A DNA stretch of 37,385 nucleotides, taken from NCBI GenBank assembly GCA_040905465.1, contig JBBDRK010000034.1, positions 4,002-41,386 of the forward strand. The letters run 5' to 3'. The DNA is from Trueperaceae bacterium. Its GTDB lineage: Bacteria; Deinococcota; Deinococci; Deinococcales; Trueperaceae. The notes below the pieces were generated by a model, which was given only the letters and a program-made list of their open reading frames with translations, searched no databases and had not been told where the DNA came from. Each line of letters begins with the position of its first letter. Position 1 is the stretch's first letter. A program made the position numbers and the translations under genes. Below are positions 27,863-37,340 of this stretch, in pieces.

Positions 27863-27886
27863 CAGGCTGGACCTGAAAGGGAAACG

Positions 27887-28900
27887 ATGCCGACCATCAG
27901 AGAGGTGTCTCGCCGCGCCCAGGTCTCCGCTTCCACGGTATCGCGCGTGCTCAACGGCACCGCACCGGTAGCGGAAGACACCCGCAGACGCGTGCTGGCC
28001 GCCGTTGCCGAACTCAGTTACCGACCGAATGCGTTCGCCCGCAGCCTGGCTACCAACCGTTCCGGCGGCATCGGCGTCAGCGTGAACGATCTTGCCAGCC
28101 CCTATTACGGGGCGATGCTGCAGGGTATCGAGGCCGAGGTCGAAGCGGCCGGCATGCACATGGTGGTATCGAGCGGCAGGGCCGACAGCCGCAAGGAGCG
28201 TGAGGCGGTCGAGTTCCTTCTCGAGCGCCGGCCCGACGCCCTGATAGTTCATCTCGAAGCGACACCCGACATGGAGCTGCTGGAGTTGATGCGGTCCGCT
28301 GTTCCGGTAGTGCTGATCGGCCGTCACCTGGCCGATGCAAGCGAGCGCTGCGTCTACCTGGACAACGAAAACGGCGGCGACCTCGCTACCGGCTATCTCC
28401 TGGCCAACGGCCATCGCCGCATCGCCCACATCGCCGGCCCGCTCTCCTTTCCGGACGCTCGCGCCCGCCTGCAGGGCTATCGCCAGGCGCTGGAAAACGC
28501 CGGTCTGGCGTTCGACGAGCGGCTGGTGGCGGAAGCCGACTTCCTGGAAGAAGGCGGGTATCGGGCGGCGAAGCGGCTGCTCGCGCGTGAAACCGCTTTC
28601 AGCGCTCTCTTCTCGGCCAACGATCAGATGGCCGCTGGGGCCCTGCAGGCCCTGCGCGAGGCCGGGATCAACGTCCCCGACGAAATCTCCGTGATGGGTT
28701 ACGACGACGTCCTCTTCGCTCGGTACCTGTCGCCCGCACTCACCACCATCCGCCAGCCCCTCGTCGAAATGGGGCAGGCAGCCGCCAGAATCGCACTCGA
28801 CGTCCTCGACGGTCGGGAAACGGAGGTGAAGCGAAAGTTCGAACCTGAGTTGGTAGCGCGTGAGTCCGTCCAACGGATCGGTCAAACGGTGGCCAATTGA
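27887..28900 (+). CDS. LacI family transcriptional regulator
   Basis: TIREVSRRAQVSASTVSRVLNG, YRPNAFARSL, GHRRIAHI, ANDQMA, PALTTIRQP. Confidence 0.97.
   Translation: MPTIREVSRRAQVSASTVSRVLNGTAPVAEDTRRRVLAAVAELSYRPNAFARSLATNRSGGIGVSVNDLASPYYGAMLQGIEAEVEAAGMHMVVSSGRADSRKEREAVEFLLERRPDALIVHLEATPDMELLELMRSAVPVVLIGRHLADASERCVYLDNENGGDLATGYLLANGHRRIAHIAGPLSFPDARARLQGYRQALENAGLAFDERLVAEADFLEEGGYRAAKRLLARETAFSALFSANDQMAAGALQALREAGINVPDEISVMGYDDVLFARYLSPALTTIRQPLVEMGQAAARIALDVLDGRETEVKRKFEPELVARESVQRIGQTVAN
28588..28601. promoter_or_regulatory. Second identical LacI-type operator copy (O2) inside the repressor gene
   Basis: Exact repeat of TGAAACCGCTTTCA, 739 bp downstream of O1. Confidence 0.6.
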
Positions 28901-28959
28901 TACCCGTCCGGTCCCAAGCGCCCCTACCCCATTGCTGGGGTCAGCCAGAGAGGTGACGC

Positions 28960-30204
28960 ATGACCAAGTTCGTAACAGCCCTCGCTTTCATAGCCGGCCT
29001 GGCGTTAGTTCAGGCACAGACGGTGTCGATCGCACTGTTCCCCGATCTCGACTCACATGTGGAGGCGGTGATCGAGGAGTTTGAACAGCACCACGGGGTC
29101 ACCGTCGAGGTACACGTACTGCAGCACGGCGATCACCACAACGCGCTGGTCACTCAGCTGGCCACCGGGTCCGGCGCCGCCGACGTGGTAGCCGTGGACG
29201 TCGGGTTCATTGCCCGCTTCGTGGCCGAGGGGGGACTTACCGACCTGTCGCAGCAGCCGTTCGACGCCGGACGCTATCAGGATGTGTTCGCCGATTACGC
29301 CTGGTTGCAGGCGACCACCACCGACGGGCGCATCGTCGCCCTGCCCACCGACCTCGGTCCGGGAGTCATGTACTTCCGGCGTGACCGCTTCGAGGAGGTC
29401 GGCGCCGGCGTCGACAGCGTGATCGCCGACTGGGACAGCTATATCGAGTTCGGCCAGCAGGTCACCCGCGACACCGATGGAGATGGACAGAACGACGTGT
29501 ATCTCATCGCCGACGCCGGTGACGTGGCCAGAGCCATGTTCCGGACCGGCTTGGCCGATGGTGAAGGCCTCTACTTCGACGCCGACGGCAACGCCAACGT
29601 AGACAACCAGCGGTTCCACGACGCGTTCGAGGTCGCCAAGAGGATTCGCGATGCCGGCCTCGACGCGCAGATCGGTTCCTGGACCAACGAATGGTACGAA
29701 GCGTTCCAGCAGGGGACGGTAGCCACGCAGCTTTCTGGCGCCTGGCTGCTGGGTCACCTGCAAAACTGGATGGCGCCGGAGACCGCCGGCTTGTGGGGAG
29801 CTTCCCACCTGCCCAACGGCATCTACGGCTCCTGGGGCGGGTCGTTCTACGGAATCCCGCAACAGTCGGAGAACAAGGAGCTGGCCTGGGAGTTGGTCCA
29901 GTACCTGACGACCGATCAGGAGGTGCAACTCGCCGCCTTCGATCGGATCGGTGCATTTCCGGCCGTTACCTCCACCTACGGCGATCCGATGTTCGAAGAG
30001 ACGCTTGCGTTCCTCGACGATCAGCAGGCACGCGTCCTGTTCGCGAACGTGGCGCAGAACATCCAGGGCGTGGCAACCCACTCGGGCGACATGGTCGCCA
30101 ACGAGATAGTGGAGTCGGCGCTCACCCGCGTTCTCAACGAGGGCGTTGCCGTCGACGAGGCCCTGGCCGAAGCGCAGCGTCTGATCGGACGCCGCGTCCG
30201 CTGA
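28960..30204 (+). CDS. Sugar ABC transporter substrate-binding protein
   Basis: Signal peptide ending VQAQ, GSGAADVV, LPTDLGP.VMYFRRD, WGGSFYGIP. Confidence 0.94.
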   Translation: MTKFVTALAFIAGLALVQAQTVSIALFPDLDSHVEAVIEEFEQHHGVTVEVHVLQHGDHHNALVTQLATGSGAADVVAVDVGFIARFVAEGGLTDLSQQPFDAGRYQDVFADYAWLQATTTDGRIVALPTDLGPGVMYFRRDRFEEVGAGVDSVIADWDSYIEFGQQVTRDTDGDGQNDVYLIADAGDVARAMFRTGLADGEGLYFDADGNANVDNQRFHDAFEVAKRIRDAGLDAQIGSWTNEWYEAFQQGTVATQLSGAWLLGHLQNWMAPETAGLWGASHLPNGIYGSWGGSFYGIPQQSENKELAWELVQYLTTDQEVQLAAFDRIGAFPAVTSTYGDPMFEETLAFLDDQQARVLFANVAQNIQGVATHSGDMVANEIVESALTRVLNEGVAVDEALAEAQRLIGRRVR

Positions 30205-30211
30205 TGACCTT

Positions 30212-30240
30212 GCCGTGGGAGGGGGATCCTCTCCCACGGC
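30212..30240 (+). terminator. Stem-loop after the binding-protein gene
   Basis: Inverted repeat GCCGTGGGAG...CTCCCACGGC. Confidence 0.65.
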
Positions 30241-30261
30241 CGCTCTGTCGGAGGAAGCGCC

Positions 30262-31278
30262 ATGGCCATCGGAACCCGATCCAAGACAAGCCCGGCTACG
30301 GTTCGCACCGCGTCCAGTGGCCGCTGGCACCGCTTCCAGCGGCGCTATGCGCCGTATATCTTCGTCAGCCCGTTCTTCATCCTCTTTGCCGTCTTCGGCG
30401 TATTCCCCACACTATTCTCGATCTACCTCTCCTTTCAGCAGTGGAACCCGATCCAGGGCCTGGGCGCGATGGAGTACGTGGCGTTCGAGAACTACGTTTG
30501 GCTGTTCGGCGATCCCTGGTTCTGGAAGGCAATGTGGAACACGCTTTGGCTGGCGTTCGTGTCGGGCCTCCCCCAGCATCTGATCGCCATACCGCTGGCC
30601 TTCGCGCTGGTCATGGGCGTGACCCGCTTTCGGCACCCGCTGACCGCCGCCTATTTTCTTCCCTTCATAACCTCGACCGTCGCCGTTGCCATCGTGTTCC
30701 AAACCATCTACGGCACCCAGTTCGGAGTGCTCAACCAGGCGATAGGTGCTCTGGCGGGTTGGCCGGCAACCTCCTGGCTGTTCGAAGGGATTCGAGAGCT
30801 CCTGCCGGTGGACTGGCTGGGACGAGCCCGCTACATCAAGCCTTCGATCGCGATACTGGTCGTGTGGAAATACTTCGGCTTCAACGTGGTGCTCTACACG
30901 GCCGGCCTGTCCACCATCCCCCGGGAGTTCTATCAGGCCGCCGCCGTTGACGGAGCCAACCTCCTGCAACGCTTCTGGTACGTCACCCTGCCTCTGTTGC
31001 GGCCGATGATCTTCTTTGCGGTCACGCTCACCATAATCGGCAACCTCCAGATGTTCGACGAGCCGTTCGTGCTGACCAACATCAGTGGCAATCGCACCGG
31101 CGGCCCTAACGAGGCCGGCCTGACCGTCGCCATGTACCTCTACCGAACCGGGTTCGAGTGGGTGGACATGGGTACGGCAGCGGCGATGTCGTGGATTCTC
31201 TTCCTGGTAATCGGCACGGCCACCTTCGTCCACTTCCGGTTCCTCGGGCGCAGCGGGCTGGAGAGGCGGGATGGCTGA
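30262..31278 (+). CDS. Carbohydrate ABC transporter permease (MalF-like)
   Basis: PYIFVSPFFILF, FENY, YQAAAVDGA, MFDEP. Confidence 0.95.
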   Translation: MAIGTRSKTSPATVRTASSGRWHRFQRRYAPYIFVSPFFILFAVFGVFPTLFSIYLSFQQWNPIQGLGAMEYVAFENYVWLFGDPWFWKAMWNTLWLAFVSGLPQHLIAIPLAFALVMGVTRFRHPLTAAYFLPFITSTVAVAIVFQTIYGTQFGVLNQAIGALAGWPATSWLFEGIRELLPVDWLGRARYIKPSIAILVVWKYFGFNVVLYTAGLSTIPREFYQAAAVDGANLLQRFWYVTLPLLRPMIFFAVTLTIIGNLQMFDEPFVLTNISGNRTGGPNEAGLTVAMYLYRTGFEWVDMGTAAAMSWILFLVIGTATFVHFRFLGRSGLERRDG

Positions 31279-32152
31279 GATGACGACGTCGCGCATTCCG
31301 TCGGTGAATAGGACCGGTGAGGACAAGCTCGGCCCCGCCGTCCGGCACGGCCTGCTGCTGCTGGGGCTGGTCGCGCTCGCCCTTCTGACCTTCTTCCCCT
31401 TTTACTGGATGTTCGTGCTGGCAACGCACGCGCGCGACACGATATTCAGCGCGCCGCCGCCGCTTTGGCTGGGCGACGACCTGCAGCGCAACTACGAGGC
31501 TCTGCTGAACGCCCTGCCGTTTTGGCGAAATATCTGGAACAGCGTGTACATCGCCGTGGTCGCTACCGTGACGACGGTGTTCTTCTGCTCGCTGGGCGGC
31601 TTCGGCTTCGCCATGTATGAGTTCCGGGGCAGGAATGCGATGTTCACGTTCGTCCTGGTTTCACTGATGATCCCGCAACTGCTGAACATCATCCCCTACT
31701 ACCTGATAATAGACTTCCTGGACTGGCTCAACACACCGCGGGCCATCTGGTTCCCGGGGATGGCCAACGCCTTCGGGATCTTCCTCATGCGCCAGTACAT
31801 TGCCAGCACCATTCCCAAAGACCTCCTGGACGCCGCGCGAATAGACGGCGCCAGCGAGTTCCGTATCTATTGGAGCGTGGTACTTCCGCTGGTGCGTCCG
31901 GGACTCGCGACCCTGGCGCTGCTGACGTTCATAAGCCAGTGGAACAACTTCCTGGGGCCGCTGGTCATCCTTCGGTCCCGGGACGCCTACACGGTTCCGC
32001 TCGCGCTCCGCTCGTTGCAGGGGCTGGTAAACACCGATTGGGGAGCGGTGATGCTCGGCACCGCACTGGCAGTGCTACCGCTGCTCGTGCTGTTCGTCTT
32101 CGCCTCGCGGCAGGTCATCGAGGGGCTGGTAGCCGGATCGGTGAAGGGGTGA
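31271..32152 (+). CDS. Carbohydrate ABC transporter permease (MalG-like)
   Basis: LLDAARIDGA, WNNFLGPL, GSVKG. Confidence 0.95.
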   Translation: MAEMTTSRIPSVNRTGEDKLGPAVRHGLLLLGLVALALLTFFPFYWMFVLATHARDTIFSAPPPLWLGDDLQRNYEALLNALPFWRNIWNSVYIAVVATVTTVFFCSLGGFGFAMYEFRGRNAMFTFVLVSLMIPQLLNIIPYYLIIDFLDWLNTPRAIWFPGMANAFGIFLMRQYIASTIPKDLLDAARIDGASEFRIYWSVVLPLVRPGLATLALLTFISQWNNFLGPLVILRSRDAYTVPLALRSLQGLVNTDWGAVMLGTALAVLPLLVLFVFASRQVIEGLVAGSVKG

Positions 32153-33423
32153 AGAGCCGCAATTTTGTGATGGCCGCGGTGATCGCTGCGATGCTCCAGG
32201 CGATCGCCGTCGGGCAGGACGTCCTGACCGTTACGGTCCTCACAGCGCAAGGGGCAGCAGTGCCGCGGCTGACCACCAGTGGATTCAACATCGGCAACTC
32301 GATGCGGGTTGTGGGTTTCGAAGCTGACTTCGAGGCGATCCGCATCGACTCGCTTCGCTTCCCACCGGGTAACCAGGCCGACGAGATCACTGTCGGCCGG
32401 CCCGACCTCGCGGCACTTTCGCAGAATCTGGAGCTGCTCGGTAGGCCGCAGGTGCTGATGGTGGCGAACCTTTTCGGCGGCACGCCGGAGGGCGCCGCCG
32501 AGTTCGCTCGATTGGCCGCTGACATGGACATTCAGGTCTTCGCCTGGGAGATCGGCAACGAACCTGATCTCTACGCCACCAACCGCAACGATGCGAGCTG
32601 GACTCCCGGTCGCTACTGCCGCGAGTTCCGGCGCTACGCCCAGGCTCTGCGTGAGGTCGACCCGCGCTTCGAGATGGCCGGGCCGGCGGTCTCCGGATCG
32701 CGGCCGGGGGGCGAGGAGTTCCTGCGCGAGGTCTTGCGGCTGTGCGGAGACGCAATCGACATCCTCACCTGGCACATCTACCCCACCGACGGCACCTGGA
32801 CCGACGACGAAGCGCTCGCCACCTCCGGTCACTTCAGCCGCGAGCTGACGCGCTACCGGGAGTGGGCCGCCGACCGGCGGGCCAACCCGCTCGGTTTCGG
32901 GCGACCTCTCCGTTTCGGCGTTACCGAGTTCGGTCTCTCCTGGCGCTCGAGCTCGTTTCGTCACCTCGAGGATATGGCTGCAACTCTGTGGCTGGCCGAC
33001 GTGCTGGGCCAGATGACGGCCGAGCGGCTCGACCTGAGCCACTACTTCACCCTGCAGGGAATGGGAGGTCACGGTCTCATCGATACCGGAGGCTGGCTCA
33101 GGTCCACCTACCACCTGTACCGAATGATGGCAACGTTTACCGGCGAATCGGTCCCCGTCCGCGCGCGGGAACCGTTGAGAGCGTACGCCGTAGCGGGAGC
33201 AAATGGGCTGCAACTGCTGTTGATAAACAGGGGCGCCACGCCTCAGCGGGCGGAGCTGCTCTTCGAGGGTTCGCCGCCGTCAGGGCTCGAAATCACCACC
33301 CTCTCGGAACAGAACGTCGAGTCCGGGCAGGCTCCCGCCACGACGATCTCGATGACGGAGGAGCCCGTCCTGGTACCTGCCCGCGCCATCGTGCTCGTAC
33401 GCGAAACTACCGCCGCGAAATAG
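32149..33423 (+). CDS. Secreted clan GH-A-like glycoside hydrolase (GH39/44/51/79-like; family unassigned)
   Basis: GTG start overlaps the permease stop; signal peptide; LRFPPGN, WEIGNEPD (acid/base), TWHIYP, VTEFG (nucleophile), LLLINR beta-domain. Confidence 0.8.
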   Translation: MKSRNFVMAAVIAAMLQAIAVGQDVLTVTVLTAQGAAVPRLTTSGFNIGNSMRVVGFEADFEAIRIDSLRFPPGNQADEITVGRPDLAALSQNLELLGRPQVLMVANLFGGTPEGAAEFARLAADMDIQVFAWEIGNEPDLYATNRNDASWTPGRYCREFRRYAQALREVDPRFEMAGPAVSGSRPGGEEFLREVLRLCGDAIDILTWHIYPTDGTWTDDEALATSGHFSRELTRYREWAADRRANPLGFGRPLRFGVTEFGLSWRSSSFRHLEDMAATLWLADVLGQMTAERLDLSHYFTLQGMGGHGLIDTGGWLRSTYHLYRMMATFTGESVPVRAREPLRAYAVAGANGLQLLLINRGATPQRAELLFEGSPPSGLEITTLSEQNVESGQAPATTISMTEEPVLVPARAIVLVRETTAAK

Positions 33424-33431
33424 GAGACAAC

Positions 33432-34781
33432 ATGCCCGACGAGAACAAATCCCTGCCGACCGACTTCGTGTGGGGCGTCGCAACCTCGGCATATCAGATA
33501 GAGGGCGCCACGGGGGAGGACGGCCGGGGAGTCAGCATCTGGGACACCTTCTGCCGCACGCCCGGAAAGGTCGCCGAGGCCGCGACCGGCGACGTCGCCT
33601 GCGACCATTACCACCGCTGGCGCGAGGATCTAGACCTGATAGCGGCCCTGGGTGTCGGCGGGTACCGCTTTTCGGTCTCCTGGCCGAGAATCCTTCCCGA
33701 GGGACGCGGTCGGGTCGAACAACGCGGCCTCGACTTCTACGACCGCCTGGTAGACGGCTTGCTGGAACGCGAAGTCCTGCCGTTCGCGACCCTCTACCAC
33801 TGGGATCTGCCACAGCGGCTCGAAGACGCGGGGGGCTGGACCAGCCGCGCGACCGTTGACGCGTTCGTCGAATACGCAGACGCGGTGACGGAGCGGCTGG
33901 GTGACCGGGTGAGCGCCTACGCCACATTGAACGAGCCCTGGTGCAGCGCCTACCTCGGCTACACCAGCGGCGAGCATGCGCCAGGTCTGAGAAGCCGGCG
34001 CAAGGGGCTGCAGGCGTCACATCACCTGCTGCTGGCGCACGGCAAGGCACTCCCGGTGATGCGCGGAAACGCACCCTCGGCACGGCACGGAGTGGTACTC
34101 AACCTCAACCCGGCTTATCCAGCCAGCGACGACGAAAGAGACAGGCAAGCGGCAGTGCGGTACGACGGCTTCTTCAACCGCTGGTTCCTCGATCCGATCT
34201 TCCTCGGGCGCTATCCCGCGGACGCCTGGCAAGGCTATGAGGAGGACGTTCCGCTGGTACGAGACGGCGACCTGGCGGCGATCGCCGCCCCTCTCGACTT
34301 CCTCGGCGTGAACTACTACAGCCGGACGGTGCTTCGTGACCGCGACGGGGAGTGGCCGGCTGCCGCCGCTGTCGCCCCGCAGGGACCCGTTACCGACATG
34401 GGCTGGGAGGTATTCCCCCGTGGGTTGACCGACCTCCTCTGCCGACTCGATGACGACTACCCGGTGCCGGATCTCTACGTGACCGAAAACGGAGCCGCCT
34501 ATGCGGATATGGCCGAGGACGGTCGGGTGCACGACGCAAACAGGATCGGCTATCTGGCCGGACACATGGCCGCGATCCGAGCCGCCGTCGACCGCGGTGT
34601 ACCGGTGCGGGGCTACTTCGCCTGGAGCCTGCTGGACAACTTCGAGTGGGCGCACGGCTACGACAAGCGTTTCGGCCTGGTGCACGTGGACTACGAGACC
34701 CAGATCCGTACACTCAAGGCGAGCGCCGATTGGTACGCCAGCTCGATCGCTGCCAACGGCGTCTTGTCCACCTCCCGTTGA
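33432..34781 (+). CDS. GH1 beta-glucosidase, cytoplasmic
   Basis: FVWGVATSAYQIEG, CDHYHRW, TLYHWDLP, TLNEPW, YVTENG, DNFEWAHGY; RBS aggag. Confidence 0.96.
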   Translation: MPDENKSLPTDFVWGVATSAYQIEGATGEDGRGVSIWDTFCRTPGKVAEAATGDVACDHYHRWREDLDLIAALGVGGYRFSVSWPRILPEGRGRVEQRGLDFYDRLVDGLLEREVLPFATLYHWDLPQRLEDAGGWTSRATVDAFVEYADAVTERLGDRVSAYATLNEPWCSAYLGYTSGEHAPGLRSRRKGLQASHHLLLAHGKALPVMRGNAPSARHGVVLNLNPAYPASDDERDRQAAVRYDGFFNRWFLDPIFLGRYPADAWQGYEEDVPLVRDGDLAAIAAPLDFLGVNYYSRTVLRDRDGEWPAAAAVAPQGPVTDMGWEVFPRGLTDLLCRLDDDYPVPDLYVTENGAAYADMAEDGRVHDANRIGYLAGHMAAIRAAVDRGVPVRGYFAWSLLDNFEWAHGYDKRFGLVHVDYETQIRTLKASADWYASSIAANGVLSTSR

Positions 34782-37066
34782 CCAGGCTTTCGTTCGCCCC
34801 GATCTTGTTGCTGCTCACCCTCTCGTGGACGACGGTGGGCGCGGAAGGGGCCGCCCTCTACCTCGACCCCGGCAGACCGGTGGAGGAGAGGGTAGCCGAC
34901 CTCCTGGCGCGCATGACACTCGCCGAGAAGGTTGGCCAGATGACGCAGATCAACCTCAGCCGGCTGATGGGCGACGGCGAGTGGGATCGCGGCCCGCTGA
35001 ACCATGAGTGGTTGGACCGGCTCCTGGTGGAAGGCGCGACAGGTTCTCTGCTCTCGGGAGGGGGAGCTGCGCCATTGCCGAACACGCCCGTCTCCTGGGC
35101 GGAGACCATAAACGAGTTGCAGAGGATAGCGGTAGAGAGCACCCGGCTGGGCATCCCGATTCTCTACGGCATCGACGCGGTCCACGGCCACAACAACGTC
35201 TCGGGAGCGACGATCTACCCGCACGGCATCGGCCTGGCCGCCACGTTCGACCGCCAACTGGTCGAATCGGTTGCGTTCGCCACAGCCCGGGATGCGGCGG
35301 CCACCGGGATCACCTGGAACTTCTCGCCGGTTGCCGACCTGGGAACCGATCCGCGCTGGGGACGCTTCTACGAGACCTTCGGAGAGAGCCCAGCCCTGGC
35401 AGCGGAACTGACGGCGGCCCACGTCCGCGGGCAGAACCGGGTGGCGCGAGTCGCTTCGACCCTCAAGCATTTCGTGGGTTATGGCCAGGCGAAGAGCGGC
35501 AAAGACCGGGCGCCGGCCGACCTGTCGTTGCGCGAGCTGCGGGACACCCAACTACCAGCCTTCGCCGCCGGGATCCGCTCCGGTGCCCAGGCGGTGATGG
35601 CGAACAGCGGTTCGCTGAACTCCGTACCGGTGCACACTTCACGATTCCTGCTCAGCGAGGTGCTGCGAAACGAACTGGGGTTTTCCGGACCGGTGCTGAG
35701 CGATTGGGGAGACGTCGACAAGCTGGTCTCGGTGCACCGGGTAGCACCCGACTACGAAGCGGCGGTGGCGATGGCGGTTAACGCCGGAGTAGATGTGGTG
35801 ATGGTTCCCCACGACGGCGAGCGCTTCGCTCGGGCGTTGCTCCGGCAGGTCGAGTCGGGCGGCGTCACTCGCCGGCGGATAGATGAAGCTGCCGGTCGCG
35901 TCTTGGCCCTCAAGTTCCGGTTGGGCCTGTTCGAGCAGCCGTACGTCGACGCGGCCGCTACCGCGTCGATAGAGGGCAGGGGACTAGGCGGCGGCGGATT
36001 GGCGCTCCGGTCGGCGCTGGCAGGGATCACACTACTCGAAAACCGCCGGGGCGCCCTGCCGCTGTCCGATACGCAGCGGCTGCTGGTCGCGGGCGCAGGC
36101 GCCGACGACGCGGCGATGCAGTTGGGCGGCTGGACCATCGAGTGGCAGGGGCTTGCGTCGGGCGACGATCGGGCGCCGGCTACCACGGTTCTGCGAGGCC
36201 TGCGGGAGCAGGCGCCGGCGGGCGCAGCGGTCGAGCCGTTGCCCCGCCTGACTGCCGCGGCCGGCCCGACTGCGTTGCGGGCCGACGCAGTGGTTCTGGT
36301 GCTGGGAGAGCCGCCGTACGCCGAGGGCGCCGGCGACAGCGACACGCTCCGCTTGCCCGAACAACAACTCGAGCAGGCAAGGTTGCTGGTCGCCGGGCTC
36401 GAAGGGTTGGACGCCAAACTGATCGTCGTCCTGTTCGCCGGTCGCCCTATCCTCCTGCCGGGCTGGCTGACCGAGGCCAGCGACGCCCTCTTGATGGCAT
36501 ATCTTCCGGGGAGCGAGGGAGGCAGCGCCGTCGCTCAGGTTCTCTTCGGAGGGGTGAGTCCCGCCGGCCGGCTGCCGTTCAGCTGGCCCAGAGAGGTGGG
36601 TCAATTGCCGCTCGCCGGCGGCGCGCTTCCGGCAGAGTCCCGCAGTGAGCCCCGTTACCGGTTCGGCCACGGTCTGTCCTACACCATGTTTCGTTACCGC
36701 AACCTGCGAGCAGAGCAAGTCGATGCCGGAGTTGTGCTGACCGTGACGGTGGAGAACACAGGGGACACGGCCGGCGACGAGGTAGTTCTCGCCTTCGCCG
36801 GTTTCCCGACGCTTCCCTGGATGACACCCGACCGGGTCCTCGCAGGATTCGAGCGAGTGAGATTGGCGCCGGGTGAGGCGCGCGACGTCTCGGTCGCAGT
36901 GCCGTGGACCGCCTTGGCGCTCGTGCCTGGTGATGCGGACGCCGGCGGGCTGCCCGAGGTGATGGCCGGGGAGTACCGGTTCGAGGTCGGCAGTTCGGTC
37001 TCCTACATCGATCTGCAAAGGTGCATGCCGAGGTCGTGTCGGCAAGGCGGAGGATCTCGAGAGTGA
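34778..37066 (+). CDS. Secreted GH3 beta-glucosidase with C-terminal Fn3-like domain
   Basis: TTG start overlaps the GH1 stop; signal peptide; MTLAEKVGQM, DAVHGH, RWGRFYE, KHFVGY, SDW nucleophile, GHGLSYT. Confidence 0.92.
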   Translation: MTRLSFAPILLLLTLSWTTVGAEGAALYLDPGRPVEERVADLLARMTLAEKVGQMTQINLSRLMGDGEWDRGPLNHEWLDRLLVEGATGSLLSGGGAAPLPNTPVSWAETINELQRIAVESTRLGIPILYGIDAVHGHNNVSGATIYPHGIGLAATFDRQLVESVAFATARDAAATGITWNFSPVADLGTDPRWGRFYETFGESPALAAELTAAHVRGQNRVARVASTLKHFVGYGQAKSGKDRAPADLSLRELRDTQLPAFAAGIRSGAQAVMANSGSLNSVPVHTSRFLLSEVLRNELGFSGPVLSDWGDVDKLVSVHRVAPDYEAAVAMAVNAGVDVVMVPHDGERFARALLRQVESGGVTRRRIDEAAGRVLALKFRLGLFEQPYVDAAATASIEGRGLGGGGLALRSALAGITLLENRRGALPLSDTQRLLVAGAGADDAAMQLGGWTIEWQGLASGDDRAPATTVLRGLREQAPAGAAVEPLPRLTAAAGPTALRADAVVLVLGEPPYAEGAGDSDTLRLPEQQLEQARLLVAGLEGLDAKLIVVLFAGRPILLPGWLTEASDALLMAYLPGSEGGSAVAQVLFGGVSPAGRLPFSWPREVGQLPLAGGALPAESRSEPRYRFGHGLSYTMFRYRNLRAEQVDAGVVLTVTVENTGDTAGDEVVLAFAGFPTLPWMTPDRVLAGFERVRLAPGEARDVSVAVPWTALALVPGDADAGGLPEVMAGEYRFEVGSSVSYIDLQRCMPRSCRQGGGSRE

Positions 37067-37109
37067 CTGAACGACGCTGTCGGGTCGGGAGGCGAACTCG
37101 ATCTTGAAA

Positions 37110-37340
37110 TTACCCTCGAGGTGCGCCCTCGGGTGACCCCACTGGCACAGTGGGGAACATTTGGCGAAAGTCGGCGATGGCGGCTTCGGTCTGCTCCGGC
37201 CGGCTCGGTGCATACCAATGGAACTGCTCGTGGAGGAGTGTGCCAAGACACCCGTCGTCGTTATCGATCTGCCGGGTATTGAGAGTGAGGATTGGGTGGC
37301 TACTGGGAAACTGATACGGAAGGTGTACCTCAAATGCCAC
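37110..37340 (-). pseudogene. Short fragment of a HEXXH-motif protein, probably truncated
   Basis: SHPILTLNT...LLHEQFHWY...PVGSPEGA then an abrupt stop; region looks less GC-rich by eye. Confidence 0.45.

Noticed and set aside
31870-34777. Apparent long N-terminal extensions on the GH-A, GH1 and GH3 ORFs (also the MDR, tctC, ppsA and crotonase ORFs)
   Set aside because: The extensions overlap upstream genes or intergenic DNA; RBS positions, stop/start overlaps and signal peptides indicate the later starts
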